DNA of 64,000 bases from a virus. Below the pieces are notes generated by a model that was not told the DNA's origin, made no database searches, and worked only from the letters and a program-made list of their open reading frames with translations. The stretch spans positions 24,935-88,934 of the IMG/VR virus record IMGVR_UViG_3300034418_011250, one strand, 5' to 3'. Positions 19,794 through 28,535 of this stretch are shown one piece after another. How positions within the stretch are numbered: position 1 is the stretch's first letter; each line of letters begins with the position of its first letter. A program made the position numbers and the translations under genes.

Positions 19794-20434
19794 AACTTCT
19801 CTAATGAAGGTACATCAAAAAGATAATTTCTTAGCCAATATTTTCCGACCTTTGTTATGGAGTCCTCAACTTTTTGTCGCTTCACCTTTCCGAACTTATG
19901 ATAATCTATACTCTCTTTTCTCAAAAGATCAAGAACTTTTTTGTCTGTAGGAATCGCAATAGAGGGATTATTTATAGCTTCTTCTCGAAAGCTCAATTGT
20001 TCTTCTTTCGTGGAAAACAATGGTTGATCTGATCTCAGAGATCCGGATGAGTCAACAGCCCAGAATACCAATCCATTTCGAATATGCCAGCTAATAGAAG
20101 TTGGTGTGCAAGATATTTTCAATCTTCTCATTTGATTTTTATATGCATCATTCATCACATATTCCCAGATTAAAGAGGCATATCCTTTTCCTTCATATCC
20201 TTGGAAAGTCACAATCTCGTAAAGATTGATATAAGAAGTTCTTTTACTATATGTAGCGAATACAGCAGAGACTGGTTGATCATTGTCATACATTACTATT
20301 GGAGGATTTTTGTCATAGTTTTTAAAACGAATCCACAAACTATGAGCAGAATTTAAAAACTTGGTATTGGTGCCATTTTCTGAATTCTCAATAATGTTAT
20401 TAATATTTTCATGGTTGTTGGTCTTGAATATCAT
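19790..20434 (-). CDS. GNAT-family acyltransferase
   Basis: INLYEIVT...YEGKGYAS (acyl-CoA binding motif A), RLKISC...SISWH.RNG. Confidence 0.75.
   Translation of the reverse strand: MIFKTNNHENINNIIENSENGTNTKFLNSAHSLWIRFKNYDKNPPIVMYDNDQPVSAVFATYSKRTSYINLYEIVTFQGYEGKGYASLIWEYVMNDAYKNQMRRLKISCTPTSISWHIRNGLVFWAVDSSGSLRSDQPLFSTKEEQLSFREEAINNPSIAIPTDKKVLDLLRKESIDYHKFGKVKRQKVEDSITKVGKYWLRNYLFDVPSLEKF
19969..19976 (-). promoter_or_regulatory. Possible internal late promoter TATAAATA upstream of the transferase/TET/kinase genes
   Basis: Exact match within the GNAT gene; could be chance in an AT-rich genome. Confidence 0.35.
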
Positions 20435-21071
20435 GAGGGTTCTTTACTTTTCTTTCTCCTTGATTTGTGTATTTTACATACATCTCACATCTTTGTGGAT
20501 TTTGCAATCCACTTCGAATGGCAATATCTTTTGTTGATGTGAATATAATTCCTCTTTGCAATTTTGTATACCATAATGGTCTTGATTCATTTCTAAATCC
20601 TGTAATACCATTATCAACATCTAACATCACGACTGCCATGCTAGATGGAACAAAGTCTGTCAATGGATTTTTATTATTCTCAAGTGATTGTAGAATCAAT
20701 TCACTATCATTTGCAGTCTCCGTTTCGTACTTCCATGTACTTTGATCTTCCTGAGAAATCACCCCATTATGAACAATGCTATATTTATCTGAAGAAAATG
20801 GTTGAGGATATCTTAGATCAGATGTTGAATAACGAATATGTCCCAGCAAACAGATCGAACCATCTTCATCGATACATCTTTCAAAATTTATTTTTTCAAG
20901 AAATTTGTCTGCTGGAATATTTTCTTTTTTGGTTAGTATTTCAGAATGCTTTCGATATGAAATACCAGTAGCATGTTTTCCTCGAATCATTGTCTGTTTG
21001 AATATTTTTCTTATCAAAGAAATATCTTGATCATTGACATCCGTTAATTCGATTCCTATAACTCCACACAT
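20409..21071 (-). CDS. Class II (Ntn) glutamine amidotransferase, stand-alone
   Basis: N-terminal nucleophile MCGVIG, RGKHATG, GHIRYSTS, HNGVI, NDSE, RPL. Confidence 0.85.
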   Translation of the reverse strand: MCGVIGIELTDVNDQDISLIRKIFKQTMIRGKHATGISYRKHSEILTKKENIPADKFLEKINFERCIDEDGSICLLGHIRYSTSDLRYPQPFSSDKYSIVHNGVISQEDQSTWKYETETANDSELILQSLENNKNPLTDFVPSSMAVVMLDVDNGITGFRNESRPLWYTKLQRGIIFTSTKDIAIRSGLQNPQRCEMYVKYTNQGERKVKNPHDIQDQQP

Positions 21072-21280
21072 TATGCTACCAGCCAGAATTGTTTATTTAA
21101 AATGGATTCTAATCGTACTGAAGTAATTACTCCATATCCTTTTTCTTTCTCAGGAAGAACTACTGGACTACCATTTTTCCAATGTATGTAGACCATACTA
21201 CCTTTAGGAAGAGCATTTGTCAAGTTCTTTGCTTGTTTAAATATTAATTTCTGTGCATCAATTCTAGTCATACTATTCAC
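21071..21280 (-). CDS. Small hypothetical protein
   Basis: Overlaps the gp43 stop and the amidotransferase start. Confidence 0.5.
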   Translation of the reverse strand: MNSMTRIDAQKLIFKQAKNLTNALPKGSMVYIHWKNGSPVVLPEKEKGYGVITSVRLESILNKQFWLVA

Positions 21281-23784
21281 CCAAAGAAATTGTCAAGTGT
21301 TGGCTGTGTTCCATATGTACGATCAATATCCCAGCCGATTTGGCGAACAATGAACATCAATGGTTCCACAAAAGCCTTTTCGAATTGAACTTCATAATCA
21401 ACATATGAAGCCACATCTAGTTCTTTTGGCAGTTTACTAATAAAAGAAATTACATTTGACTGTAATGGATTGGGCTTTCTTAGATTGAGAAATTTGATCT
21501 TTTCACCTTCTTGAATCAAAGGAAATTTAGAGATCAATTTATTACGTTTGAGAAGATAATTATAAATCAATGCTCCTTTGCAATGCATTGGAGTTGATTT
21601 ACGGTAAATAGAGGATGAATCACTCCACTTGTCAAGTCCATTGACGGATCTTGGAAATGCGATATCCTCTGCAGGAAGTTTCATGAATTCATTTCTAAAG
21701 TTCTGAATGAATTTATTAATCTGTGTTTCATCACCAGACATGATAACCTTGAGAGCCTCCTTAATCTTTTCTCTGCAAGGATATGGAGTTGATGATTTGA
21801 CAGCCTCAATGCCCATAATTTTCAATTGAGGATCAGCATATCTGACACCTTCGATATCCCACGCATTCAGAATATATCTTTTCTTTGCAACCCAGATGCC
21901 TTTGTCAGCAATCACCTCTCGTTTCATCTGCATCTTCTGAGAAAATGCATTCATGTATTGTTTGAGTTCTTCATAGCATTCATCGATGTATGGTTCTACC
22001 TTCTCTTTGGCAACTGTATCAAGAAAAGAAACTACTTTCTCAATAGAAAGATCTTCACCGAATACTTTGTCAATAAGTTTATCAAAACAAATATAAACTG
22101 AATCTGTATCAGATGCAATCACATAATCTTCATTTTTAGTTTTAAGAAGATTGTTGAGATATTCATTTAGCTTTCGTTCAATCCAGCGAATCGAAAGCTG
22201 ACCAGCAGTGGTTACACCTTCAGCAATCGCAAGATCAAAGTATCGGAACCATTCATTACCAATAGCACCATAGGCTGAGTTCAATGAGATCTTTCTTGCC
22301 ATCTGAATGTTATTATAACGTGACACATCATTCAGATATTGAGGATTCTTAGTATTCTCATATTGTTGTTTCGCATGAAGCATCTTTTTCTTGTATGTTG
22401 TTCGATCATCATACAGCTGCTGCATCATGGCAGGAAGAAATCCTTGTTTGGAAATTCTGAATTTGGTTCCATTTGGTGTCATCGTCAAATTCTTTTCCTT
22501 CAGGAATTCTGTATCATACTCCTTGGATACAAACTCACCAATCTTAGTATCACCAAAGTTTACACCATCATCAGCCAGAGTTTCTGGAGAGATATTGTAT
22601 TGAATTATCAAGTGTGGATACAATGAATTCAAGTCAAACGAAAGAACCCATTTATGTTGTCCAACTGCTGGATCCTTGACATATGCTCCGGAGAATTGTC
22701 CAGACTTCGAGGATGAGCTCTTTTGTGGAATCACAATGTTTTGTGTTCGCAGATGATTGTAAATTAGCACATCCCAATATTTTACTGAAGTAAATGCATC
22801 TTGGAAGTTGACTTTTGCTTCATATGCCATAGTCATCAACAAATCCATTAGCTTCATTTTAGCATCTAGACGTTCTACCAGAAGAACATCTTGAATATTG
22901 TAATCAATGAAACTTTGATAATCTGATGTGTACCATTCCTTAAATGTTTCATAAGGATTCTCATCTTTCCTTTCTCCTAGTTCTACAAATGCAATATGGT
23001 CAAGTTTATATGATTCCTGATTTGTATAGGTAAACTTTTGATACAATTGTTGATAATCAAGATTAGAAATGCCTAGAATCTCATAAACAGTATTGGTCTT
23101 TCCGAATTTACCATTTATCTTTTTCTCATTGACAATCTTCCAAGGAGAAAGTCTTTTCAGTGCATCATTACCAAATATACGTTTGATTCGATTGCAGATG
23201 TAAGGAATATCAAAGAATTCAGTATTCCAGCCTGTGATTGCATCTGGATGAATTGATTCCCACCAGTCAATGAATCTGTTTAGAAGTTCGACTTCATTCT
23301 GGCACTGATTGTATTGAACAAATTCATTATCTGTTTTGTATTCACCAATACCCCAAACAATGATGTCATCAAATCCATATCTTTTGACAGTGATTGAAAG
23401 AAGTTCTTCAGCAGCAATTTCTTGATTGGGAAATCCATTTTCGCATTGAACTTCGATGTCAATCGTATAGACTTGCATCAAAGATCGATCGAATCGAATA
23501 TCTTGATAATTGTCCGCAATATAAGTATAGACAAATTGATTCAATCCATAAACCAATTCAGGTTGATTCTCATAATGAGAAACAAATTCTTTGGCTTCTT
23601 TGATTGTTTCGAATTTTATGGGTGAGACTGAGGAACCTTCCAAAGTTTTGAATTTGGAAGGTTTCTGAGAAGGAACATAGAGAGTAGGCTTGTATCGAAT
23701 AGCCTTGTTGAATCTTTCACCATTCTTTACACCACGCAGGAAAATATTGTTTCCCCACTGAGCCACGTGCGTATAGAAATTCAT
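21277..23784 (-). CDS. gp43: Family B DNA polymerase gp43
   Basis: DIEV exonuclease I, SFDLNSLYPH, KISLNSAYG, ASDTDS; C-terminal clamp tail TLDNFFG; no intein or intron. Confidence 0.98.
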   Translation of the reverse strand: MNFYTHVAQWGNNIFLRGVKNGERFNKAIRYKPTLYVPSQKPSKFKTLEGSSVSPIKFETIKEAKEFVSHYENQPELVYGLNQFVYTYIADNYQDIRFDRSLMQVYTIDIEVQCENGFPNQEIAAEELLSITVKRYGFDDIIVWGIGEYKTDNEFVQYNQCQNEVELLNRFIDWWESIHPDAITGWNTEFFDIPYICNRIKRIFGNDALKRLSPWKIVNEKKINGKFGKTNTVYEILGISNLDYQQLYQKFTYTNQESYKLDHIAFVELGERKDENPYETFKEWYTSDYQSFIDYNIQDVLLVERLDAKMKLMDLLMTMAYEAKVNFQDAFTSVKYWDVLIYNHLRTQNIVIPQKSSSSKSGQFSGAYVKDPAVGQHKWVLSFDLNSLYPHLIIQYNISPETLADDGVNFGDTKIGEFVSKEYDTEFLKEKNLTMTPNGTKFRISKQGFLPAMMQQLYDDRTTYKKKMLHAKQQYENTKNPQYLNDVSRYNNIQMARKISLNSAYGAIGNEWFRYFDLAIAEGVTTAGQLSIRWIERKLNEYLNNLLKTKNEDYVIASDTDSVYICFDKLIDKVFGEDLSIEKVVSFLDTVAKEKVEPYIDECYEELKQYMNAFSQKMQMKREVIADKGIWVAKKRYILNAWDIEGVRYADPQLKIMGIEAVKSSTPYPCREKIKEALKVIMSGDETQINKFIQNFRNEFMKLPAEDIAFPRSVNGLDKWSDSSSIYRKSTPMHCKGALIYNYLLKRNKLISKFPLIQEGEKIKFLNLRKPNPLQSNVISFISKLPKELDVASYVDYEVQFEKAFVEPLMFIVRQIGWDIDRTYGTQPTLDNFFG

Positions 23785-23814
23785 AGCAAACACCTGTTAG
23801 CATTATAAAAGAAC

Positions 23815-23843
23815 AGTATACCATATTGAATAAAAAATGTCAA
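23815..23843 (-). promoter_or_regulatory. Sigma70-type promoter upstream of gp43
   Basis: TTGACA-17 nt-TATACT with extended TG. Confidence 0.75.
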
Positions 23844-24235
23844 GCTATTTGTTCCTGCCTCTTTTTTCCAATATTGTATTTTGTCTCAAGAACCCATTCA
23901 TCCTTCTCCTTGAATCCGATGATCTTGATTTGTGAGAGAGGAGCCTTTGGCTCTGCCTCCCCATGAACTGTGACAAGATCCCAGTCCTGAAGAAGCCCAG
24001 CAATGGTATTCCTTCGAGAAATATCATTTTCATTTATGTTGGTTTCTTTTCCATCAAGAGCAAATAATTCCTTGAAATGAACAATATAATATTTGCCTTG
24101 TTTGTGAAGAATATGGCAGGATTGAAATAGTTTCTTTTCTTTACGAGATGCAACACCTATTCTAGAAAGTGTTTCACGAACCTTAAGAAAATCATCAGGT
24201 TCTTTGATTGTTACTTCTAACATGTTATTAATCAT
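23840..24235 (-). CDS. regA: Translational repressor RegA
   Basis: DDFLKVRETLSRIG...QSCHILHKQGKYYIVHFKELF. Confidence 0.96.
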   Translation of the reverse strand: MINNMLEVTIKEPDDFLKVRETLSRIGVASRKEKKLFQSCHILHKQGKYYIVHFKELFALDGKETNINENDISRRNTIAGLLQDWDLVTVHGEAEPKAPLSQIKIIGFKEKDEWVLETKYNIGKKRQEQIA

Positions 24236-24621
24236 TTTCTTCCACCTTTGTTCAAGCTATCTTTGATAGTAGTAATTTGTTCATCAGATAGTAGTTCAAG
24301 AGCAGCTTTAGCTTTATCATTACTATAACCATAATACTCTTTCACATACTCCAGATCCTTAATCTTATTTGCTTTCAACCATGGTGCAAATCTTTTCTTG
24401 GGTCTAATTGTATTTATAAAAAAGTCAAATTTGAGTTTATTATCAATTTGATGATGAACATTCATCTCATTTGCAAACATTATGGTGTCTTGAAATGAAG
24501 ATAAGATATGATTGACAACATATGCTGGATACTTCTTTTCCCACATTGGATCATCAGAATCCATCAAGTTTTCTTTTGTGAAGTTTATTGCATTCAAATA
24601 CTCCTTTAGTTCATAACTCAT
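24232..24621 (-). CDS. gp62: Clamp loader small subunit gp62
   Basis: FANEMN...KRFAPWLK...VKEYYGYSNDKA. Confidence 0.92.
   Translation of the reverse strand: MSYELKEYLNAINFTKENLMDSDDPMWEKKYPAYVVNHILSSFQDTIMFANEMNVHHQIDNKLKFDFFINTIRPKKRFAPWLKANKIKDLEYVKEYYGYSNDKAKAALELLSDEQITTIKDSLNKGGRK
24411..24418 (-). promoter_or_regulatory. Possible late promoter TATAAATA inside gp62, upstream of regA
   Basis: Exact match, intragenic. Confidence 0.4.
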
Positions 24622-25553
24622 TTAAACCTCACATTTGACATGATTTCTGTCATACAAGCTAACAGATTGATCTCTTGGTCACTGACAAATGCAGACTTAT
24701 ATTGGTAATCTGCAATAATTAAAACCAACTGTGGAACACTAGCAGGTTCCAATCGTTCATATAGAGTATCGTAAATTTTACGATAGATTCTAGTAGGATC
24801 ATTATCAAGATTATTTGCAACCCATTTCCTCAAATTACCAAATTCTTTTTCTTTAAGAAAACTTGTCATTTCTTTCAAGTTCTCGTCTGAAATATTTACA
24901 AGAATACCAGCATCGATTTCACCTGATGCTGAATATCTTTGTAACTCATTTAAACACCTTCTCCAATCAGGAAAAAATTTCTCAATTATCCCTGCAACAG
25001 CCTTTGGATTAAACTTGACATTTTCTTCTTCTAATATCTCAGTGATACGTTTAAAGAATTGTGCTGCAAGTTTGGGTTTCTCTTCATTTGGTATTCTAAA
25101 TTCAACGACAGAACATCGTGAATGTAGTGGTTCAATGATGCGATTCTTAAAATTACAAGTTAAAATGAATCCGCAATTTTTATGAAACTCCTCAATGAAT
25201 CCACGAAGAGCAGGTTGAGTTGATTGGGGATTTAGATAATCTGCCTCATCAAGAATTACAAACTTTCTGTTTGTATCAAATGAAACAGTAGATGCAAAGT
25301 TTTTAATCTTGTTTCTGAGAACATCAATACCTGATTCCTCAGAACCATTGATCATCATGTATGTGGCATCAATTTGTTGCAACATAGCCTTTGCAACAGT
25401 AGTTTTACCTACTCCTGGACCGCCTGAAAGCAAAAGATTAGGAATATGTTCATCATCTACAAATTGTTGAAATGTATTCTTCAATTGTACTGGAAGAATA
25501 CAATTCTCAATAGAGTCTGGGCGATATTTTTCTACCCACAAATAATTTTTCAT
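24618..25553 (-). CDS. gp44: Clamp loader AAA+ subunit gp44
   Basis: LWVEKYRP, GGPGVGKT, LDEAD, SRC. Confidence 0.96.
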   Translation of the reverse strand: MKNYLWVEKYRPDSIENCILPVQLKNTFQQFVDDEHIPNLLLSGGPGVGKTTVAKAMLQQIDATYMMINGSEESGIDVLRNKIKNFASTVSFDTNRKFVILDEADYLNPQSTQPALRGFIEEFHKNCGFILTCNFKNRIIEPLHSRCSVVEFRIPNEEKPKLAAQFFKRITEILEEENVKFNPKAVAGIIEKFFPDWRRCLNELQRYSASGEIDAGILVNISDENLKEMTSFLKEKEFGNLRKWVANNLDNDPTRIYRKIYDTLYERLEPASVPQLVLIIADYQYKSAFVSDQEINLLACMTEIMSNVRFK

Positions 25554-25577
25554 AACAAAAACTCCAAAAGGATATTA

Positions 25578-26237
25578 TCAATTAGACTCAAGCGCAACAT
25601 AATACTCTAGATCTTGCCCTTTCTTTTTAAAATGCGAAATACCAACACTAGCAATTCCTACCTCATAATCTCCAGGAAGAACTTTTAGATTTTCAGTCTT
25701 AAAACATGATGTAAGATTGGTTGTTGAAGAATCACCAACTACAAGTGAAAATGTATTTGATGTATCATTCTTTCGATCAGTAACAGTCATTTGAACTTCA
25801 CCTGATTCATATGAATTCACAACAAGATCTGGTGTTCCAAGAATTGCAGCTGATCTTTGAATTTGAGAAAACTCTTCTTGAGTCAATGTAAATTGAACAT
25901 CAATAACTGGCATTTGAATGTCTGTTTTTGGTTCCTTCACCATGTCAGTAGGTGTGTAAAAATATTTACTAGAAGTTTTGCTTCCTTCTTCCTGAATAAG
26001 AATATATTTTTCTTCAAAATTCAAGATTGGTGTTTTGAACAGAGAAAGTGTTGAAAGAAATTCGTTCAAATCATAAATAGCACACTCCTGCTCAAAGTCT
26101 TCTGTAATATTTGCGATTGCTACAATGTTTTTCATTGCACTCATTGTCGCAACTTTATTTCCTGGTTTGATTAACAAGTTTGAATTGATTGTTGAAAAGT
26201 TCTTCAAAATTTCACGAGTTTCATTACTCAGTTTCAT
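25578..26237 (-). CDS. gp45: Sliding clamp gp45
   Basis: MKLSNETREILKNFSTINS...IYDLNEFL...YYVALE. Confidence 0.94.
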   Translation of the reverse strand: MKLSNETREILKNFSTINSNLLIKPGNKVATMSAMKNIVAIANITEDFEQECAIYDLNEFLSTLSLFKTPILNFEEKYILIQEEGSKTSSKYFYTPTDMVKEPKTDIQMPVIDVQFTLTQEEFSQIQRSAAILGTPDLVVNSYESGEVQMTVTDRKNDTSNTFSLVVGDSSTTNLTSCFKTENLKVLPGDYEVGIASVGISHFKKKGQDLEYYVALESN

Positions 26238-26514
26238 TAGTTTCTCCATAGTTTAAATCATGAACATGTAGTGCCATTATGGCATAGTGAACAACCTTCA
26301 GTAGATCCTTTCGGTTGTAACCATCTTTCTTACCGTATCTCTGCGCATACTTCAAGATATTTCCAATACAAAATCCTTCACCATGTCCAGAGTCTATAAT
26401 GAATTCTGTTGCTTGAAAATTGTTTTGTGAATAATGCTGAGCGTAGGTCTTGTTAATATAATCGACAATCTCAAGAATAAGATTATCTTCATTATATTTG
26501 TATTGAATACTCAC
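26224..26514 (-). CDS. DUF3310-like conserved protein
   Basis: HY...GFCIGNILKYAQRYGKKDG...DLLKVVHY. Confidence 0.75.
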   Translation of the reverse strand: MSIQYKYNEDNLILEIVDYINKTYAQHYSQNNFQATEFIIDSGHGEGFCIGNILKYAQRYGKKDGYNRKDLLKVVHYAIMALHVHDLNYGETNETE

Positions 26515-26535
26515 AAGTACATCCTAAAAGTCTGT

Positions 26536-26553
26536 GGCACTCCGAAGAGTGCC
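26536..26553 (-). terminator. C(UUCG)G hairpin downstream of hsp20 (terminator or mRNA-stabilising)
   Basis: GGCACTC-TTCG-GAGTGCC; weak U tract. Confidence 0.6.
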
Positions 26554-26564
26554 GTCATGTTATA

Positions 26565-27005
26565 TTAGTTGATATTGATCACTCTTGGACGTTTCTCATC
26601 CGGAATGATTCTTTCCAACTCGATTTTCAATAGACCATCTACCATGGTAGCATCCTTGACGAATACATCTGATGACAAGGTAAATACTCTGTTGAATTGT
26701 CGCTTCGAAATGCCTCTGTGATAATACACAGGAGCATTTTCAGCTTCCTCTACAGTTTTAGCATAATTTGATCGAATAGTCAACTTATTTTCTTTGGTTT
26801 CCACCTCGATGTCTTCTTTTTTGAATCCTGCGACTGCAAGCTCAATAGTGAAGTGCTCATCGTCATGCTTGAGAATATTGTATGGTGGATAATTAGAAGT
26901 TGTTGAAACATTATCAAAAAAGTGATCAAAGATGTTATCAAATCCGACACTGAATGTTCGAAGTTGATGTGGATCAAATGTAGAGAGTGCGGTTGTGCTT
27001 GTCAT
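26565..27005 (-). CDS. hsp20: Small heat-shock protein Hsp20 (IbpA-like)
   Basis: NYPPYNI...IELAVAGF...HRGISKRQF...DGLLKIEL...PDEKRPRVI. Confidence 0.95.
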   Translation of the reverse strand: MTSTTALSTFDPHQLRTFSVGFDNIFDHFFDNVSTTSNYPPYNILKHDDEHFTIELAVAGFKKEDIEVETKENKLTIRSNYAKTVEEAENAPVYYHRGISKRQFNRVFTLSSDVFVKDATMVDGLLKIELERIIPDEKRPRVININ

Positions 27006-27009
27006 ATCT

Positions 27010-27080
27010 ATCTCCTTGAATAAGCAAGATTATTTGTTAATATTAGAATGTTGAAGAGAACCCGAAGCATTCTCTTCAAC
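27010..27080 (-). promoter_or_regulatory. ROSE-like RNA thermometer in the hsp20 5' UTR
   Basis: 5' hairpin GUUGAAGAGAA...UUCUCUUCAAC, then AUCUU-G-CUU/AUUC/AAGGAGAU pairing UUGCU with the SD, with a bulged G. Confidence 0.7.
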
Positions 27081-27085
27081 AATTC

Positions 27086-27093
27086 TATTTATA
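27086..27093 (-). promoter_or_regulatory. Late promoter TATAAATA for hsp20
   Basis: Exact match 5 nt upstream of the first UTR hairpin. Confidence 0.75.
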
Positions 27094-27119
27094 CAAAAGT
27101 CAACAAAAATTTGAAAAAA

Positions 27120-28085
27120 TTATGCTGCTTCTGCATATTCTAGTGCCATGTCAAGTGCATTCAACTTGACTTTACGATTCTTCCCATACCATGCAGATTC
27201 CAACCGACCATCAGCTGATCTGCCCTGTACATGGTCAGACATGTAGGTAACAGCATTAAATGCTTGCCACCATGAACCTTCAGCATACTCTGCTCCAGGT
27301 TGTGTATGAACAAGCTCAAGTGCCTTTGTTGACAATCTTGAATTTGCCTGCTCAGCTTCGTATTCCTTTTCAGTAGATTCATTTCCGAAGACTTTGTTCA
27401 TATATGCAACCAAATCCTTCTTTGTGTATCTTTTCTTTCCAAGGAATTCTGCCATACTCTTGTACTGATCCATTTTCATTCTTGCAATTCCTAACTGCTC
27501 CTTGACAGAATCTGGATCCCATTCCTTTCGATGATTCAATGTGACCATATGTTCACTATTAGTGCTCAAAGAAAGTGTCAAGGTATTTTGGCAAACAACA
27601 CGAATTGGTGTCATCCGAATATTAATTGTTCGCCCATACTGATGAGGATTAGTGAATAAGAAATAATTTTCTGTCACATCACCACTGAACAATTCGAAGG
27701 ACTCATTGGTTTTAGCCAAAGCCCAAACCAATTCTCCTCCACGCAATGATCCAGCAGTGTGCATTTCCATATCACCTGCCTTCACATATTCATCAAAAAG
27801 TTCAAATGCTTGATGGTTTTGAACTGGATTCCAGCCTTTACCGATATTGGTCAAAACTTTCCCATCAAGATCCCGAACCAATGCTTGTTTGCCTGTTGGG
27901 ATTTTTCTTCCATTGAATTCTACAAATCCATCCAACTTAAGAACTTTCCAGTCCAATCCTGCCATCACCATAAATTCTTGTGGTGATAAATCTGGCTGAA
28001 CCTGAAATCCAAGACCATGCCATGGCACTTCTCCAACGTAGGCCATCTGCGCTTCACCATTGATCACTTCTATTGCATGACTCAT
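27120..28085 (-). CDS. DUF932 (phage/plasmid-like) protein
   Basis: PWHGLG, PVQN, TAGSLRGG, TPIRVVCQNT, WWQAFNAVT. Confidence 0.88.
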   Translation of the reverse strand: MSHAIEVINGEAQMAYVGEVPWHGLGFQVQPDLSPQEFMVMAGLDWKVLKLDGFVEFNGRKIPTGKQALVRDLDGKVLTNIGKGWNPVQNHQAFELFDEYVKAGDMEMHTAGSLRGGELVWALAKTNESFELFSGDVTENYFLFTNPHQYGRTINIRMTPIRVVCQNTLTLSLSTNSEHMVTLNHRKEWDPDSVKEQLGIARMKMDQYKSMAEFLGKKRYTKKDLVAYMNKVFGNESTEKEYEAEQANSRLSTKALELVHTQPGAEYAEGSWWQAFNAVTYMSDHVQGRSADGRLESAWYGKNRKVKLNALDMALEYAEAA

Positions 28086-28144
28086 GCTATTCTCCTAAAA
28101 AAGTTATCAAAACAGATCGAGAGATTCGATCATTACTATATATT

Positions 28145-28173
28145 ATTTTATAATAACTTTTAGAAAAAGTCAA
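28145..28173 (-). promoter_or_regulatory. Early sigma70-type promoter for the DUF932 gene
   Basis: TTGACT-17 nt-TAAAAT with upstream A/T tract. Confidence 0.7.
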
Positions 28174-28190
28174 GCACTTTTTTTAAAAAA

Positions 28191-28535
28191 TTATGAAAAA
28201 ATTTCAGGTGGGTGATAAAGATCTCGAATATGTCGATGGACAGCCTCAACCAGAAGTTCCTCGTTATATATCTTTTTGCTCTGAATGCCCATCGCCATGG
28301 AGATAGCATCAGCAGGTTTATCAATCCATGAAGAATGCCAATACATCTTTCCACTCTCACCCTTTCTATAATTTAAATGAATAACTCCAACAAAAACTTT
28401 GTCGTTGGCATATGATTGAAAAAGATGTTTTATTCCCATACTTGGCATATATTTAAATGCTACATCTTTATATAAAGAATGTCTAAAATTCATTTCACAC
28501 ATGTATCGAACTTGTTCTAATTCTTTTTTGTCCAT
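28191..28535 (-). CDS. Hypothetical protein
   Basis: ORF overlapping the deformylase 3' end; no motif recognised. Confidence 0.5.
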   Translation of the reverse strand: MDKKELEQVRYMCEMNFRHSLYKDVAFKYMPSMGIKHLFQSYANDKVFVGVIHLNYRKGESGKMYWHSSWIDKPADAISMAMGIQSKKIYNEELLVEAVHRHIRDLYHPPEIFS

